A stretch of 64,000 nucleotides of DNA from Mobula hypostoma (lineage: Eukaryota). Below the pieces are notes generated by a model. The model worked only from the letters and a program-made list of their open reading frames with translations. It was not told where the DNA came from and searched no databases. Shown here piece after piece: positions 1 to 12,504 of this stretch (its first letter is position 1; each line of letters opens with the position of its first letter). The stretch covers positions 66,590,001 to 66,654,000 of the forward strand of contig NC_086097.1 in NCBI RefSeq assembly GCF_963921235.1, read 5' to 3'. A program made the translations under genes and the position numbers.

Positions 1-1379
1 AGATACAGTTGAAAATAACTTCTGAGGTTATTTTCACTGATTCAAAGCAATAAATGTTAGCTTCTGGGTTTCTTAAAGGCTAGAAGCGCTGGAAAGAATA
101 CTTTTTATATCCAATGTACAGAATTAAGTTTTCCCTGAAGTAGTACTCAAAGGGCAACTGCTGTTTATAGCAGATTTTTTGCATCAGAGTTGTGCGCACC
201 TCATGTTCAAATTGGATCCTAGAGCAATCACAGTGCCATTGAAACATGGGAGCAACACCATCCAATTTATGTTCAGACATATCTATGAGAAAGCTGTTTA
301 ACAATGAATTACAAGTGGAAACAGCAACAGGAATAGAATGGTTTCTACCATGCTCATGAACAACATTAATCACATCAGTATAGAGACTAATATCAGGATT
401 AATTTCTGTCTTGACTTCAAAACTCGCCAGGAAGTAAAGAGTAACATCAGCTAGGTGAAATAGCAAATTCTTATCTCCTTCCATGTAGATGAATAACTGG
501 AATGATACAAAAGCAGATTAGCCTAGGGAACTCTGCTTGTCTCGTGTTCTGTATACAAACATGTAACATTGAAATTCTACTGAAGAGGTCCTAGCAATTA
601 GCTTCAAGGTGGACCTTGCACAGAAAAGGAAATAAATAAATGACATAACAATTTTTTTAAAAAAGGGCAGTATTTAGAAGACCTATACAGTATCAGTATT
701 TCTCCTCTGATACTGGAGGATAGCCCAACAACTAAACCAACAAAGTGTATTTTAGTTAAGGAACTTACAGAGATTTCTCTTCTGTGTGTTTCTCCTCTTC
801 AATCAGCCTGTTCAATGTAATAATTGAGATGTGGTGACAATTAGTCACATGGTTCAAGTCTTAAAGGGGTTCACACCCTCTGTTACCACCCCTTTTGAAT
901 GCAGTAAGAGTAATTGTCTTCAGAGGGGACTTAGCAAAGTGCCCCATTGTTGAAAGGACAACTGTTGATCGTAAATTAACAGAAAAGCAAAACACCTGTA
1001 AGTGAAGTTGTGTGTCAGACTAAGAGAAGCCCTGGTTCTTATTCGAGAAATTCTGACAAAGGGCTATAAAATAAGGTAAAGGCATTCATTTTTTTCTATA
1101 TTGGCTTTATTTAATCTTTGTACAAGAAGTTCTAACTTTGCTATTGAAATTGTAGAAGAAGAAGCTTGGTGATGACGTGGAAATTGAAGGATTTAAGGAA
1201 AAAATAATGTTAAAATGCAAATATTAGAGTGGGCGAGACAAGGACACTCACTTAAAATGTTAAGAGTAATGATATAACACAATGGCAAAATCAGAATTTT
1301 TTAAAAATTCCATCAAATAAAGAGTGCTGAAAACCTAATGTGAGCACCTGTTGTCATGCTTATCCGTCCCTGTACTGGT

Positions 1380-1990
1380 GTAACTCAAAGCTGAACATCG
1401 GTGAGCAGCTTATAGTTAAGTGTGGATTGACAACAGCTTCCATCACTTTGCTGATAATTAAAAGTTAACAGATTGAGTAATGAGCTGCAATAGGATTTTT
1501 CTTGCTTTTTATAAAGATGATGCATCTGGACAATGCTGGGTAGATTCAAGTGTAACCACATTGGATTGCTTCTGGAGAAAACTCTTGGGCGCTACACCCA
1601 GGGTTTTGACCTCTTAGGCTTTGCTGTATACTGTGCTCTCAGCAACATATTGAGAGATTAGATTGATTTTAAAGACCAGCTTCTTTGGTGGGGATCTGAA
1701 GTACATGCTAATATGAATGTATGTATGCATCTCTTAATGTCGTCACTACTATTCGCCCGCTGGATCCTGCCATCAATGAGAATGAAATATTTATTATGCC
1801 TTTTGCTCATGTAAAATGTTTAATTGTCTACCACCATTCTTCAGTACATACAGCAGGACTAGTGAGATTCAGTCTAATTGGTTGTGAGATTGTTTAGTTC
1901 TTTAGGGCTGCTCCAAGCTTCTCTTCAAATGCTGCATTGAAGTGCAAGATTACTAATATTTCATTAGGTAGTTTTGGACAAAACCTGCTG
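1380..1990 (-). mobile_element. Very degenerate LINE RT-region remnant (L2/CR1-group, clade uncertain)
   Basis: Stretches such as catcactttgctgataattaaaagttaacagattga and ctttgctgtatactgtgctctcagc resemble antisense LINE ORF2 sequence; no intact ORF. Confidence 0.3.
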
Positions 1991-2173
1991 GTGGAAGAAA
2001 CAGATACAGCTCCTTTAATCTACATTACGATTATGGCTGAACCAATCCTGGCCTCAACACCACTTTTCTGCTCTTTGCCCATGACCCTTGACTCACTTAG
2101 CAGTGGTTCCTGATCAGCATTTGAATACCTGGGTATCCATAAGTCTCACTTTCATTATCAACAGTGCACTATT

Positions 2174-2290
2174 TCAGAATCAGAATCAGAATCAGATTTA
2201 TTATCACCAGCATGTGATGTGAAATTTGTTAACTTAGCAGCAGCAGTTCAATGCAATACATAATATAGAAGAAAAATAATAATAAATAAA
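2174..2290 (-). mobile_element. Rex1/Babar-type LINE 3' tail fragment
   Basis: (CAGAAT)n followed by tttattatcacc...gtgaaatttgtt...gcagcagca...tgcaatacat, i.e. AATAAA plus (ATTCTG)n tail on the minus strand. The same motif recurs at ~2489, 28350, 42855 and 46038, and at 28350 it leads into Rex1 ORF sequence. Confidence 0.65.
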
Positions 2291-2488
2291 TCAATTCAGG
2301 ATACGTATACTGTATTACCTTTAAACATTAGACAAAGGTGGTGTTTGGTGCAGTTCTTGATATATTCCCTGTGTTTGCACATCTTAAATGCAAATCAAAC
2401 AACAATATCATAGACTTGGTTTGGTAACCAGGATAAAGACACTTATGCTTTCATCTGATATGTATATTGTCCCAAACATTCACAGTAT

Positions 2489-3600
2489 TCAGAATCAAAA
2501 TCAGGTTTATTATCGCTGACATTTGTCGTGTGTTACGTACCCCGTAACTGGGTTGCCAAACCAGTAGAAATGGATCACTCAGTTGGAGTCTGGATTACTA
2601 GAACTAAGAAAGTTTTATTAAAGAAACAAGCAACACAGTACTCTAATCAAAAGGATAATGAATGCAACAGTTCAGCAATGATAAACATACATGTACACAG
2701 AATTCAGATAACAGGATCAATCAAGCTCTATCGTTGTCTAGGGGTAAATGACCAGTTTCAAAGTGACGCAAAGTTCAGTTCAGTTCGCAGTAATCGCTGC
2801 CGTGGGAGATGGACAGTGTGGGGGAGGGAGAGAGAGAGCAAAATGAATGAAGATTCAAAACAGCTTCCACACACAGACCTTCGCAGTCAGCTTTCGGGCG
2901 AGTCCTTTGTGATGTCATCTGAGGTCACCGACCATGACCCCTCTGTTTCCAGATACGATCGTTTCTCTGCACTGAACCTGGCACCCAGGCAAGGGTGGAC
3001 ACACACCAGGTTCCCGCCGATTGTACCTTTCCACCCTGTGCGTTTATGGCCCGATACTTCCCACTGACTTGTGAGAGGCGCACCGCTTCCAGGGTCTTGT
3101 TACCTCAGGTGTCGTGTGTGTCCTGCCTTAGCAAACCTGTCCCTTTTCTATCCCCCTGCTGGGGTATCGCCTGTCCATCACTTCAAACAGTTCAGGGTTC
3201 AAAGGGGGAGCCGCTCTTGACAGCTCCCTCCTTCTGTTACTCTCTCTCCCGTCCCTTCATTACACATCTCCAAATGCTGCTCCATTGTTTTCCTTATCTC
3301 TCTCTCTCCTGAAGACAGGTGGCAGACCAACTGCTGATCACACAGAACAGCTAACATCTTAATCTATGTGTATTCTTGTCACACGTGTAATTTGTTGTTC
3401 TGCAGCAGCAGTGCAGTGCAATACATAAAAAATACTACAAATTGCAATAAGAATATGTAAAAAATGCAAAAAGAGAGAAAATAGAGGTAGTGTTCATGGG
3501 TTCATGGACCGTTCAGAAATCTGATAGCGGAGGGAAAAAATTTTTCCTAGAATGAAGAGTGTGTGTCTTTCGGCTCCTGTATCTTCCCCCCTCATCCAGA
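2489..3600 (-). mobile_element. Rex1/Babar LINE 3' end, interrupted by a solo LTR
   Basis: Tail tcagaatcaaaatcaggtttattatc at ~2489. Resumes after 3387 with tttgttgttctgcagcagcagtgcagtgcaatac and gttcatggaccgttcagaaatctgatagcggaggg, the ORF end (..SAIRFLNGP*) on the minus strand. Confidence 0.65.
2531..3383 (-). mobile_element. Solo LTR (Gypsy-like), 853 bp
   Basis: Starts TGTTAC (2531), ends GTCACA (3383), and is flanked by the 4-bp direct repeat CGTG (2527-2530, 3384-3387). It cleanly interrupts a Rex1 tail. tttatt near 2613 (AATAAA on minus) suggests minus orientation. Confidence 0.8.
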
Positions 3601-3609
3601 CCACCTAGC

Positions 3610-5700
3610 TAGTGAGTGCAGTTTCCCTTTAAGAAAGTGAGGCTGCCAGGCTGAGCTGCAGGTAAAACTGAAACACAGTACAGGGCCCTGAGGCTCCCAC
3701 TCCATACCATCCTTCTAGTGACGAATAGTCTCTGAAAAATAAAATTGAAGACCTCAGAGCAAGATTGCAGCACCAGAGGGAAATCAGTTACTGCTGTGTA
3801 TCCTGCTTCACATGGTTGAGTCCCAGCACTGCAGACACGCCACTTCAGCCTGAAGGTTTCAGCTTCCACTTCATGGACCAGACAATGACGCAGGTAAAGG
3901 CGGATACAGCCTTTGTTTTATGATTAACTCATTGTGCTGAGGTGGCAGGTCTGCCTCCATTCTGCTTCCCTGAACTGGAGCATCTGTCAGTCAAGTGTTG
4001 TCCATTCTATCTGCCAAGGAAGTTTTCTGTTTCAACGTGGTTGCAGTATACATTCCACCCCTGGCCAACATAAAGCTGGTACAGGAGGATCTGAGCACTG
4101 TGATCAGCGTCATGAGACAGCACAGCTTGCTGCCTTTATGATCATTGCAAGGCCAGCTTGAAGGTGTCTCTGACCAACTAGCACCAACATGTCACCTGTT
4201 GAGGACACAGAGGAGCCAACACACTTGACCACTGTTACACCACCATCAAGAATGCTTACGGTGCCATCCCATTTCCACATCTTGGCTGTACTTCCACTCC
4301 AGCTACGCAGGCAGAGACTGACAACCACAGCACCAGTGGTGAGGACCATGAAGGTATGGTCATAGGAGGCTGAAAGGTGCTTACAGGGCCTCTGTATCGG
4401 TGGACAGGATTCGTCTTCAGATCTGAACGAATATGCAACATTTATCACAAACTTCATCAAAACCCATGAGGAGAAGTGTGTTCCTTCAAGAACATATACA
4501 TACCCAAACCAGAAGCTTTGGATGAACTGTGAGATTCGTAGTCTGCTGAGGGCTAAATCTGTGGTGTTTGATACTGGAGAACTCTACAAGAAGTACAGAT
4601 ATGACCTATGGAAGGCTAGCTTAAGAGCAAAATAGCAATTCCAAGTGAAATTAGAGATGAAATTGGATGGACATGAGCTATGGCAGGGTTTGCAAACCAT
4701 TAATTCCTAAAAGGTGGACCCTAATCTCACCTATGGCTGTGATGCTTTACTCCCTGATGAGCTAAACACCATTTATGCCCACTTTGAAAGGGAGAATAAA
4801 ACTATACCGGTGCAAATCCCCTTTCGTGACCTTGTGATATCTGTCCCAGAGGCCGGCATCAGAACATCTTTCAAGAGGGTGAACCCTCACAAAGCATCAG
4901 GCCCTGATGGTGTATCTGGCAGGGCATAAAAAATCTATTCCAACCAACTTGCTGGAGTGTTCAAGGACATCTTCAGTCTCTCATTGTGCTGGTTAGAGGT
5001 TCCCACTGCTTCAAAAGGGCATCAGTTACACTGGTATCCAAGAAGAGCAGGGTGAGCTGCCTCATTGACTATTGCTCAGTAGCATCACATCTACTGTGTT
5101 GAAGAGCTTTGAGACATTGGTCTTGGCTAGGATTAACTCCTGCCTAAGGAAGGACATGGGCCCATTACAATAGGTTTACAACAGATGCAATGTCTTTAGC
5201 TCTCCAATCGGCCTAGGACTACCTGTACAACAGCAGTAGTTACGCCACGCTGTCGCTTATTAATACAGATCAGCGTTCAACACCATCATCCACTCAGTAC
5301 GAATCAACAACCTTCAGAATCTGGGTCTTTGTTCCTCCCTCTGCAACTGGGTAGTTGACTTCCTCATCAGGACACCACAGTCAGTGAGGGCTGGAAATAA
5401 TATCTCCTCCTCACTGACAATCAATACTGTTACACCTCAAGGATGCGTGCTTAGCCCACTGCTCTATTCTCCCTGCACTCGTGACTGTGTGGTTAGGCAC
5501 AGCTTAAGCACCATCTATCAAAGTTGCTTGAATTTCCAGCATCTGCAGAGTTCCTGTTGTTTGTGTTTAAACACCATCTATAACTTTGCCAATGACACAA
5601 TTGCTGCTGGCAAAATTTCAGATGGTGATGAAGAGGTGTACAGAAGTTTGATAGATCTGCTTGCTGAGTGGTGTCACAACAGCAATATTGCACTCAATTT
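3610..5700 (+). mobile_element. Degenerate Rex1/Babar LINE ORF (APE + RT)
   Basis: Broken frames give LPLHTILL..SLKNKIEDLRARLQHQREI, AVYIPP, TLDHCYTTIKNAY, YPNQKLWMN, LPDELNTIYAHFE, VNPHKASGPDGVSGR, TPQGCVLSPLLYS and YNFANDT. Confidence 0.85.
5519..5571 (+). mobile_element. Penelope-like pLTR terminal tail micro-insertion
   Basis: gttgcttgaatttccagcatctgcagagttcc closely matches the reverse complement of ~35695-35728. Flanked by duplicated caccatctat (5509-5518, 5572-5581). Confidence 0.65.
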
Positions 5701-5839
5701 CTTATATTATTTACCTTTTGTATCTCGTGTATCACCACATCTAAATTGCTTAATAGCCAGTGGGAAATTTCTGCTAATTCAAGGTATTTTTTAAAAACTG
5801 GAAGGCCATGGAACCATTTTGAAGAAGTTGGGCTGAATT

Positions 5840-7575
5840 GCCGAGGTCTGCTCCACTATTTAGTCGGCTGATTTATTGTTCCTCTCAACCCGATTCTCCT
5901 GCCTTTTCCCTGTAACTTTTGACATGTTTACCAATCAAAAACCCATCACCCTTTTCTTTAAATATACCCAATGATACAGTTAACTGAGGCAATGAATTCC
6001 ATAGATTCACAACCTCTCGCTAAAGAAATTCCTTCTTATCTCTGTTCTGAAGGGCTGCTTTTTTTTATTTTGAGGCTGTGCCCTCTGGTTCTAGATTCTC
6101 CCATCACTAGAAACATCTTCCGGACATCCACTCTATCCAGGCCATTAAATATTTGATAGGTTTCAGTGAGATGGCCCTCTTCTTTCTAAACTCCAGCAAA
6201 TACTGGCCCGGAAACATCAAACACTCCTCAGATGTTAACCCTATCATTCCCAGGATATTTCTCATAAACCATGCCTGGGTCCTCTCCAACAATGGCCCAT
6301 CTTTCCTTAGATTTAGTGCCTAAATTGTTCTCAATACTCTGAATGTGGTCTGATAAATGCTTCAGATTCACTTCCTGTTTTTGTATTCTAGTCTTTTAGA
6401 ATTAATGCTCACATTGCATTTGCCTTCCTAACAACCAATTCCTCCTGCAAATTTAACTTTGGGGATACACTAGGACTCCTAAGCACCTTTGCACCTCTGA
6501 TTTTTAAATTCTCTTTCAATTTAGCATTTATTACCTCTACTAAAGTGCATGACCATACACTTTCCTACACTATATTCCATCTGCCACTTCTTTGCCCATT
6601 GTTCCAACCTGTTCAAGTCCTGTTGCAGTTTCCCTGTTTACTCAACACTATCTGCTCCTCCATCTATCTTTGCATCTTCCACAAACTTTGTCACTAAGCT
6701 ACCAATTCCATCATCTAGTTCCTTAACATACAATGTGAAAAGTAGTGGACCCAACACTGGCCCCTGCAGAACACCACTAACCACCAGCAGCCAAACAGAA
6801 AAAGCTCTCTTTACTCCCACTCTTTGGCTGACTTACAGAAGCCAATTTTCTATCCATGCTTGTACCTTTCCTGTAATGCCACCAGCTTCTTCTATCTTAC
6901 TTAGCAGCCTTATGTATGGCACCTTGTCAAAGGTCTTCTAAAAATTCAGGTTTTAAAAAAAAATCCACTGACTCTCCTTTGTCTGTCTTGTTTGTTAGTT
7001 CCTCAGTGAATTCCAACAAATTTGTCATGCAAGTTTTTCCCTTAAGGAAACCATGTTGACTTTGGCCTCCAAATACCCTAAAACTTCATCCTTAATAATG
7101 GACTCTAACATCTTCACAACCACTCACGTCAGGTTAACTGATCTTTATTTTCTTGTCTTTTGCTCCACTTCTTAAAATAACATCTGCGATTTTCCATTCC
7201 TCTGCAACCATTCCCGATTCTACTACTTCTTGAAAGATCACTGGTAATCCCTCCACAATATCCTTAGCTACTCTGGGATGTTGTCCACCTAGTCCAGGTG
7301 ACTTTTCCACCTTCAGACCTTTCAGCTTCCCAAGCACGTTCTCTTTAGTACAAATGGCTATACTCATTTCGAGCATGTTGCTGATGTGTTCCACAGTGAA
7401 GGTTGATGCAAACTTCTTCTTTAGTTCATTTTCTATTTCTTTGTTCCCAGTTAGTACTTCTCCAGCATCATTTTCCAAATGTCTGATCTCCACCCCTGTC
7501 TCTCTTTCACTCTGTATAGATCTGGAAAAAATCTTTTTGTATCCTCTTTTATATTATTGGTTAGCTTACCTTCAG
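5840..7575 (-). mobile_element. CR1 LINE ORF2 fragment, 5'-truncated and degenerate
   Basis: Minus-strand ORFs with SGVLQGPVLGPLLFTLYVKELDDG, KFVEDAKI and LGKLKGLKVEKSPGLGG; CR1 3'UTR-like sequence near 5850. Confidence 0.85.
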
Positions 7576-7599
7576 GTCTTACCTTCGGCTTATCTTCAG

Positions 7600-7747
7600 T
7601 AGTGTAGCAGTTAGCATAATGCTATTACTGTGCCAGTGACCTGGTTCGATACAGCTGCTGTCTCTAAGGAAGATGTACCTTCTCTCTGTGACTGTGTGAG
7701 TTTCCTCCAGCTGCTCTGGTTTCCACCCACATTCCAAATGCAGGTTA
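7600..7747 (+). mobile_element. tRNA-derived V-SINE-like element (partial)
   Basis: A-box-like gtagcagttagc, B-box-like ggttcgatac, and V-domain-like gtttcctccagctgctctggtttccacccacattccaaa. Confidence 0.6.
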
Positions 7748-10700
7748 TAGTGTCATAGAAACAGGCCATTCACCCCTTCCAGTCTGTGCCGAACCACTAA
7801 ACTACCTAGTCCCATTGAATTGCACATGGACCATAACCCTCCATACCCCTCCCATCCATATACCAAACCAAATTTAATTTAGAAGTTGAAATTGTCCCTG
7901 CATCCACCACTTGTGCTGTCAGCTCATTCCACAATCTAACCTCCATCTGAGTGAAGAAGTTCACTCTCACGTTCCCCTTAAACATATCACCTTTCACCCT
8001 TAACACATGACCTCTAGTTGTAGTCTCACCCAACTTCAGTGGAAAAAGGCTACCTCCTTTTACCCTAACTATACCCCTCATAATTTTGCATAACTAACAA
8101 ATCTCCCCTCAATCTTCTACGTTCTAGGGAAAAAAAATCCTAACCAATTCAACCTTTCTCTATAGCTCAGTCCCTCAAGTTGCAGCAACATCCTTGTAAA
8201 TTTTCTCTGGGCTCTTTCAATCTTATTTACATCTTTAATATAGGTAGGTGACCAAAATACTCCAAATTAGGCCTCATCAACATCTTACACAATTTCATCA
8301 TAACATCCCAACTCCTGTACTCAGTGCTTTGATTTATAAAGGCCAATATGCCAACAGTTTTCTTTACAACGCTATGACAGCGCTTTCAAGGAATTGTGGA
8401 TCTGTATTCCCAATTCCATCTGTCTACCACACTTCACAGTGCCCTACCAATCACTGTGTAAGACCTATCCTGGTTGGTCCTCCTAAAGTGCAAAACCTCA
8501 CACTTGCCTGCATTAAATTTCATCTGCCAGTTTTCATCCCGTTTCACCAGCTGGTCCGGTTCCTGCTACAAGCTTTGATAGTCTTTCTTGTGGTCCAATC
8601 TAGGTGTCATCCGCAAATTTGTTGATTCAGTTTACCACGTGAGTATTCAGATCATTGATATAGGTGTCAAACAGCAATGGACCCAGCACCGATCCCTGTG
8701 GCACTCCACTAGTCACAGGCCTCCAGTCAGAGAGGCAGCCATTTACAACCATTCTCTGGCTTCTTCCATGAAACCAATGTCTAATACAAGGGAGGAGAAG
8801 ATGGCGGCGCGACGCAGCACGCGCGGCCTCTCCAGTGAATGATATCGTATTTGTAAGTAGGATGCCATGCACAATTTTGATTTGATGGAGACAGACGCAA
8901 GAAGCACGGAGGATCATCTGGAGAAACCTCTGAAATGCCCGGTTCGCTGCCACTGCTACTGTGCAATCAAAAATCTCCGGAAGGGAAGGCCCTAAATCCT
9001 CGGCTTTGCCTGTTGCTGGCGGCCAGAGCTGGGGTCGAAGTACTCGGCAGAGATGGTGCTCGGTGTCAGCGGGCTGGTCGGAGGCTCGAAGTTTTCGGAC
9101 GGACTGAGAGTCGGACTGTGGTCGGGTGCTTCCAGGATGCTGCATCGGCACGTTTGCGGCGCTGGAAGCTCATGACAGGAAGAGTTTTCTTCCTTCTACC
9201 ATCTGCGTGAGATAATGGGACTTTTGAGAGACTTTGAGACTTTTTTGTTTTACCATGCCCATGGTCTGTTCTTCATCAAATTATGGTATTGCTTGCACTG
9301 TTGTAATTTATGTTATAATTATGTGGTTTTTGTCAGTTTTTCAGTCTTGGTCTGTCTTGTGTTTCTGTGATATCACACTGGAGGAACGTTGTCATTTAGT
9401 AATGCATGCATTAAGAAATGATGCAATAAAAGAGGACTGCGCGTCCTCATAATCTAATCTAATCTAATCTAATTTACTCATCTTGAATACCAAGTGACCG
9501 AAACATCTTGACTAATCTCCCATATGGGGTCTTTTTAAAGTCCATGCAAAAACCATCCACTGCCTTGCCTTCATTAACTTTCCTGGTAATTCCTTGAAAA
9601 ACTCTAAGATTGTTTAGACATAACCTAACACGTACAAACCATGTTGACTATTCCTAATCAGTCCCAGTCATCAAAATACTTGTATATCTCATCCCATAGA
9701 AAACCTTCCAATAACTTTCCCACTACTGATGTCAGGCTCACCAGCCTATAATTTCCTGATTTATTTCTAGAGCCTTTCTTAAATAATGGAACAAAATTAG
9801 CTATCCTCCAATCTTCAACCATGGTTGAGGATGTTTTAAATATCTCTGCCAGGGCCTTTGCAATTTTTGCACTTGTGTCCCGCAGGGTCTGAAGGAACAC
9901 CTTGTCAGGTCCTGGGGATTTGTCCACTCACCTTAATTTACCTCAAGACAGCAAGCACCTCCTCCTCTGTAATCTGTATAGGTTCGTGACCTTGCTGCTG
10001 CTTTGCCTCGCTTCTATAGACTCTGTGTCCATTTCCCAAGTAAATACAGATGCAAAACATTGTTTTAAGACCTCCTCCTTCTCTTTTGGCTTCATGCATA
10101 AATTAACACTCAGATCCAGAAGACAAATTTTGTCTCTTTCTATCCTTTTGCTCGGAATATACCTGTAGAACCCCTGTGGATCCTCTTTTACCCTGTCTGC
10201 TAGGGCAACCTCGTGTCTTCTTTTAGCCCTCCCGATTCCCTTCTTAGGTGTTCTCTTGCTTTCCTTCTATGCCTCAGCCTCATTTGTTATTGCCTGGTTA
10301 TTCCTGCTATACCCTTTTTTTTAACCAGAGCCTCAAAATCTCTTGAAAACCAAACTTCCCTAAATCTGTTAACCTATTCTGATGGGAACATACAAACTCT
10401 GTACTTTTGAAATTTTACATTTGAAGGCCTCCCACTTAACAACTACAACTTTGCTTGGAAGCAACTTGTTCCAACGCACATTGGTACCTTCAAAATTGTC
10501 CTTTCTCCAATTTAGAATCTCAACTCAACAACCAGACTTATTCTTTTCTATAATTACCTTGAAATTTGTGGCATTATGATCACTGGATGCAAAGTGTTCT
10601 CCTCCACAAACTTCTGTCACCTGACCGGTCTCATTCCCTAACATGAGATCTAGTGTTGCAACTCTCCCTAGTTGGGACTTCTGTGTACTGATTAAGGAAA

Positions 10701-12260
10701 GTTTCCTGGACACATTTGACAAACACTTTCCCATCCAGCCCTTTTACAGTTTGGGAGTCCCAGTCAATATGTGTAAAGTTAAAATCACCTACTATCACAA
10801 CCTTATATTTCTTGCAACAGTCTACAATTGCCCTACAAATTTGCTTCTCTAAATCCCACAGACTCCTGGGCGGTCTATAATATAATCCCAATAATGTGGT
10901 CATACCTTTCTTGTTCCTCAATTCTACCCATGAAGCCTCACTGGACAAGCTCTGAAGTCTGTCCTGGTGGAACACTGTGTGACATTTTCCCTGACAAACA
11001 ATGCCACCCCTCCGGCTCTATCACATCTAAAACAATGGAACCCCAGAACACTGAGCTGCCAATCCTCCCCCTCCTGCAGCTAAGTCTCACTAATGGCTAC
11101 AATCTCGTAACTCCACGTGGTGATCCATGTCCTGAGCTCATTTGCCTTTCCTACAATGTTCCTTGTATTGAAATATACACAGCTCAGGACATTATTTCCA
11201 TCATGCTCAACCTTTTGATTCCTGACTTCGTGTGTAAGCTTAAAAACATCTTACTCCACAACCACTCCACTACCTGTTCTGCCCCCCCCACCCCCCTCCC
11301 ACCATGCAGCATCAGCAAACCTTTCTGCTAGGATATTAGTCCTCCTTCAGTTCTGGTGCAAACCGTCCCTTTTGTGCAATACCTACCTTCCCTGGAAGAG
11401 AGTCATATGATCCAAAAATCTGAAGCCTTCCCTCCTGCACCAACTCCTTAGCCACATGTTAAACCGTATGATCTGTTATGGTTTTTCTATTTCTGGTATC
11501 AGAAGCATGCAGCAATCCTGAGATCACAACCCTGGAGGTCCTGTCCGTTAATTTAGTACCTAACTCCCTGAACTCATTTTGCAGGACCTCATCACCCTCC
11601 CTACCCATGTCATTGGTACCAAGACGGACCACAACCTCAGGCTGCTCACCCTCCCACTTAAGAATGTTGTGGACTTGTAATCCCTGACCCTAGCACCTGG
11701 GAGGTAACAAACCATCTAGGAATCTCACTCTTGTCTACAGAGCCTTCTTTCTGTTCCCCTAACAGCCTGCCTCTTCTTCTCTTTCCCTTCTGAGCCACAG
11801 TGCCAGAGACCTGATTGTTGTGGCCTTGCTCTGCAAGGTCATCCTCCCCACCCAATGGTATTCCTGTTGTTGAGGGAAAAGGCCACAGGAATTCTCTGCC
11901 CTTGCTGATTAATCCCCCTTCCCCCTCCTGACAGTCACCCAGTTGGGTATAACTAGCTCCCTGTATGTCCTGTCTATCAACCCCTCAGCCTCCTGATTCG
12001 AAATTCATCCAGTTCCAGCTCTGACTGCTTAACATGGTCTGTTGGAAGGTGCAGAAAGGCTGTACTTACAGGTCTAGTTGTCAGCGACATTAGAGGTCTC
12101 CCTGCCTTTCCACATCCTGCAAGAGTAGCATTCTGCTATCCTGCCAGATATCCCCACTGCTCTAAATGTGCAATAAGAAAGAAATAAAAAATAAATAATG
12201 AAAAAAAATTACCTAAGGCCTACGCCTCTCTTCACTGAAGCTTCAATGAGCCAAAACCTC
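7748..12260 (-). mobile_element. Near-full-length degenerate CR1 LINE (ORF1 Zn-finger/esterase + ORF2 APE/RT)
   Basis: 3' end NFFTQMEVRLWNEL (7806-8081), [40 protein letters not shown] motifs GLYYRPP/VGDFNFTHIDW/SDHN (10525-10975), and ORF1-like sequence up to a CYSCRMW motif near 12130. Interrupted at 8790-9473. Confidence 0.85.
8790..9473 (+). mobile_element. Non-autonomous non-coding retroposon, copy 1 (YY1-like head, (AATCT)n tail)
   Basis: Begins gggaggagaAGATGGCGGCg. Ends with AATAAA (9425-9430), hairpin gaggac-tgcgc-gtcctc and (aatct)4. Collinear with the copy at 63163-63860; splits a CR1. Confidence 0.8.
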
Positions 12261-12504
12261 AACTCTCCACTCTAACACTGGCCCATTCACACAATGACAA
12301 CTCCATCTCAACCTAACTTCTTTTAATTTGCTTATCGGTTCTTGGCAATCTAATTATGTGCAATCCAATGTCTCCTCAGGAATTATGATGTGCAAAATGT
12401 GCCAACTGCTCCTGCTCACTTGTTATAAATTCTTTCTCCCTCTACGCAACCCGGTGTCTCCGAGACTGTGGTATGCAAAAATCTTTTAAAAGTTTGTATT
12501 TGTC

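Noticed and set aside
80..484. 134-aa minus-strand ORF
   Set aside because: No recognisable domain and no supporting exon structure. I could not support this or nearby sequence as exons of a neighbouring gene such as TTC6.
780..1080. Possible exon (pyrimidine tract + CAG at ~806, AG|GTAAAG at ~1075)
   Set aside because: Stops in all three frames soon after the acceptor; no other evidence.
2528..3312. 179-aa and 105-aa ORFs
   Set aside because: They lie within the solo LTR and show no protein motifs.
8627..9151. 174-aa ORF
   Set aside because: Chance read-through from the antisense retroposon into the CR1 RT frame.
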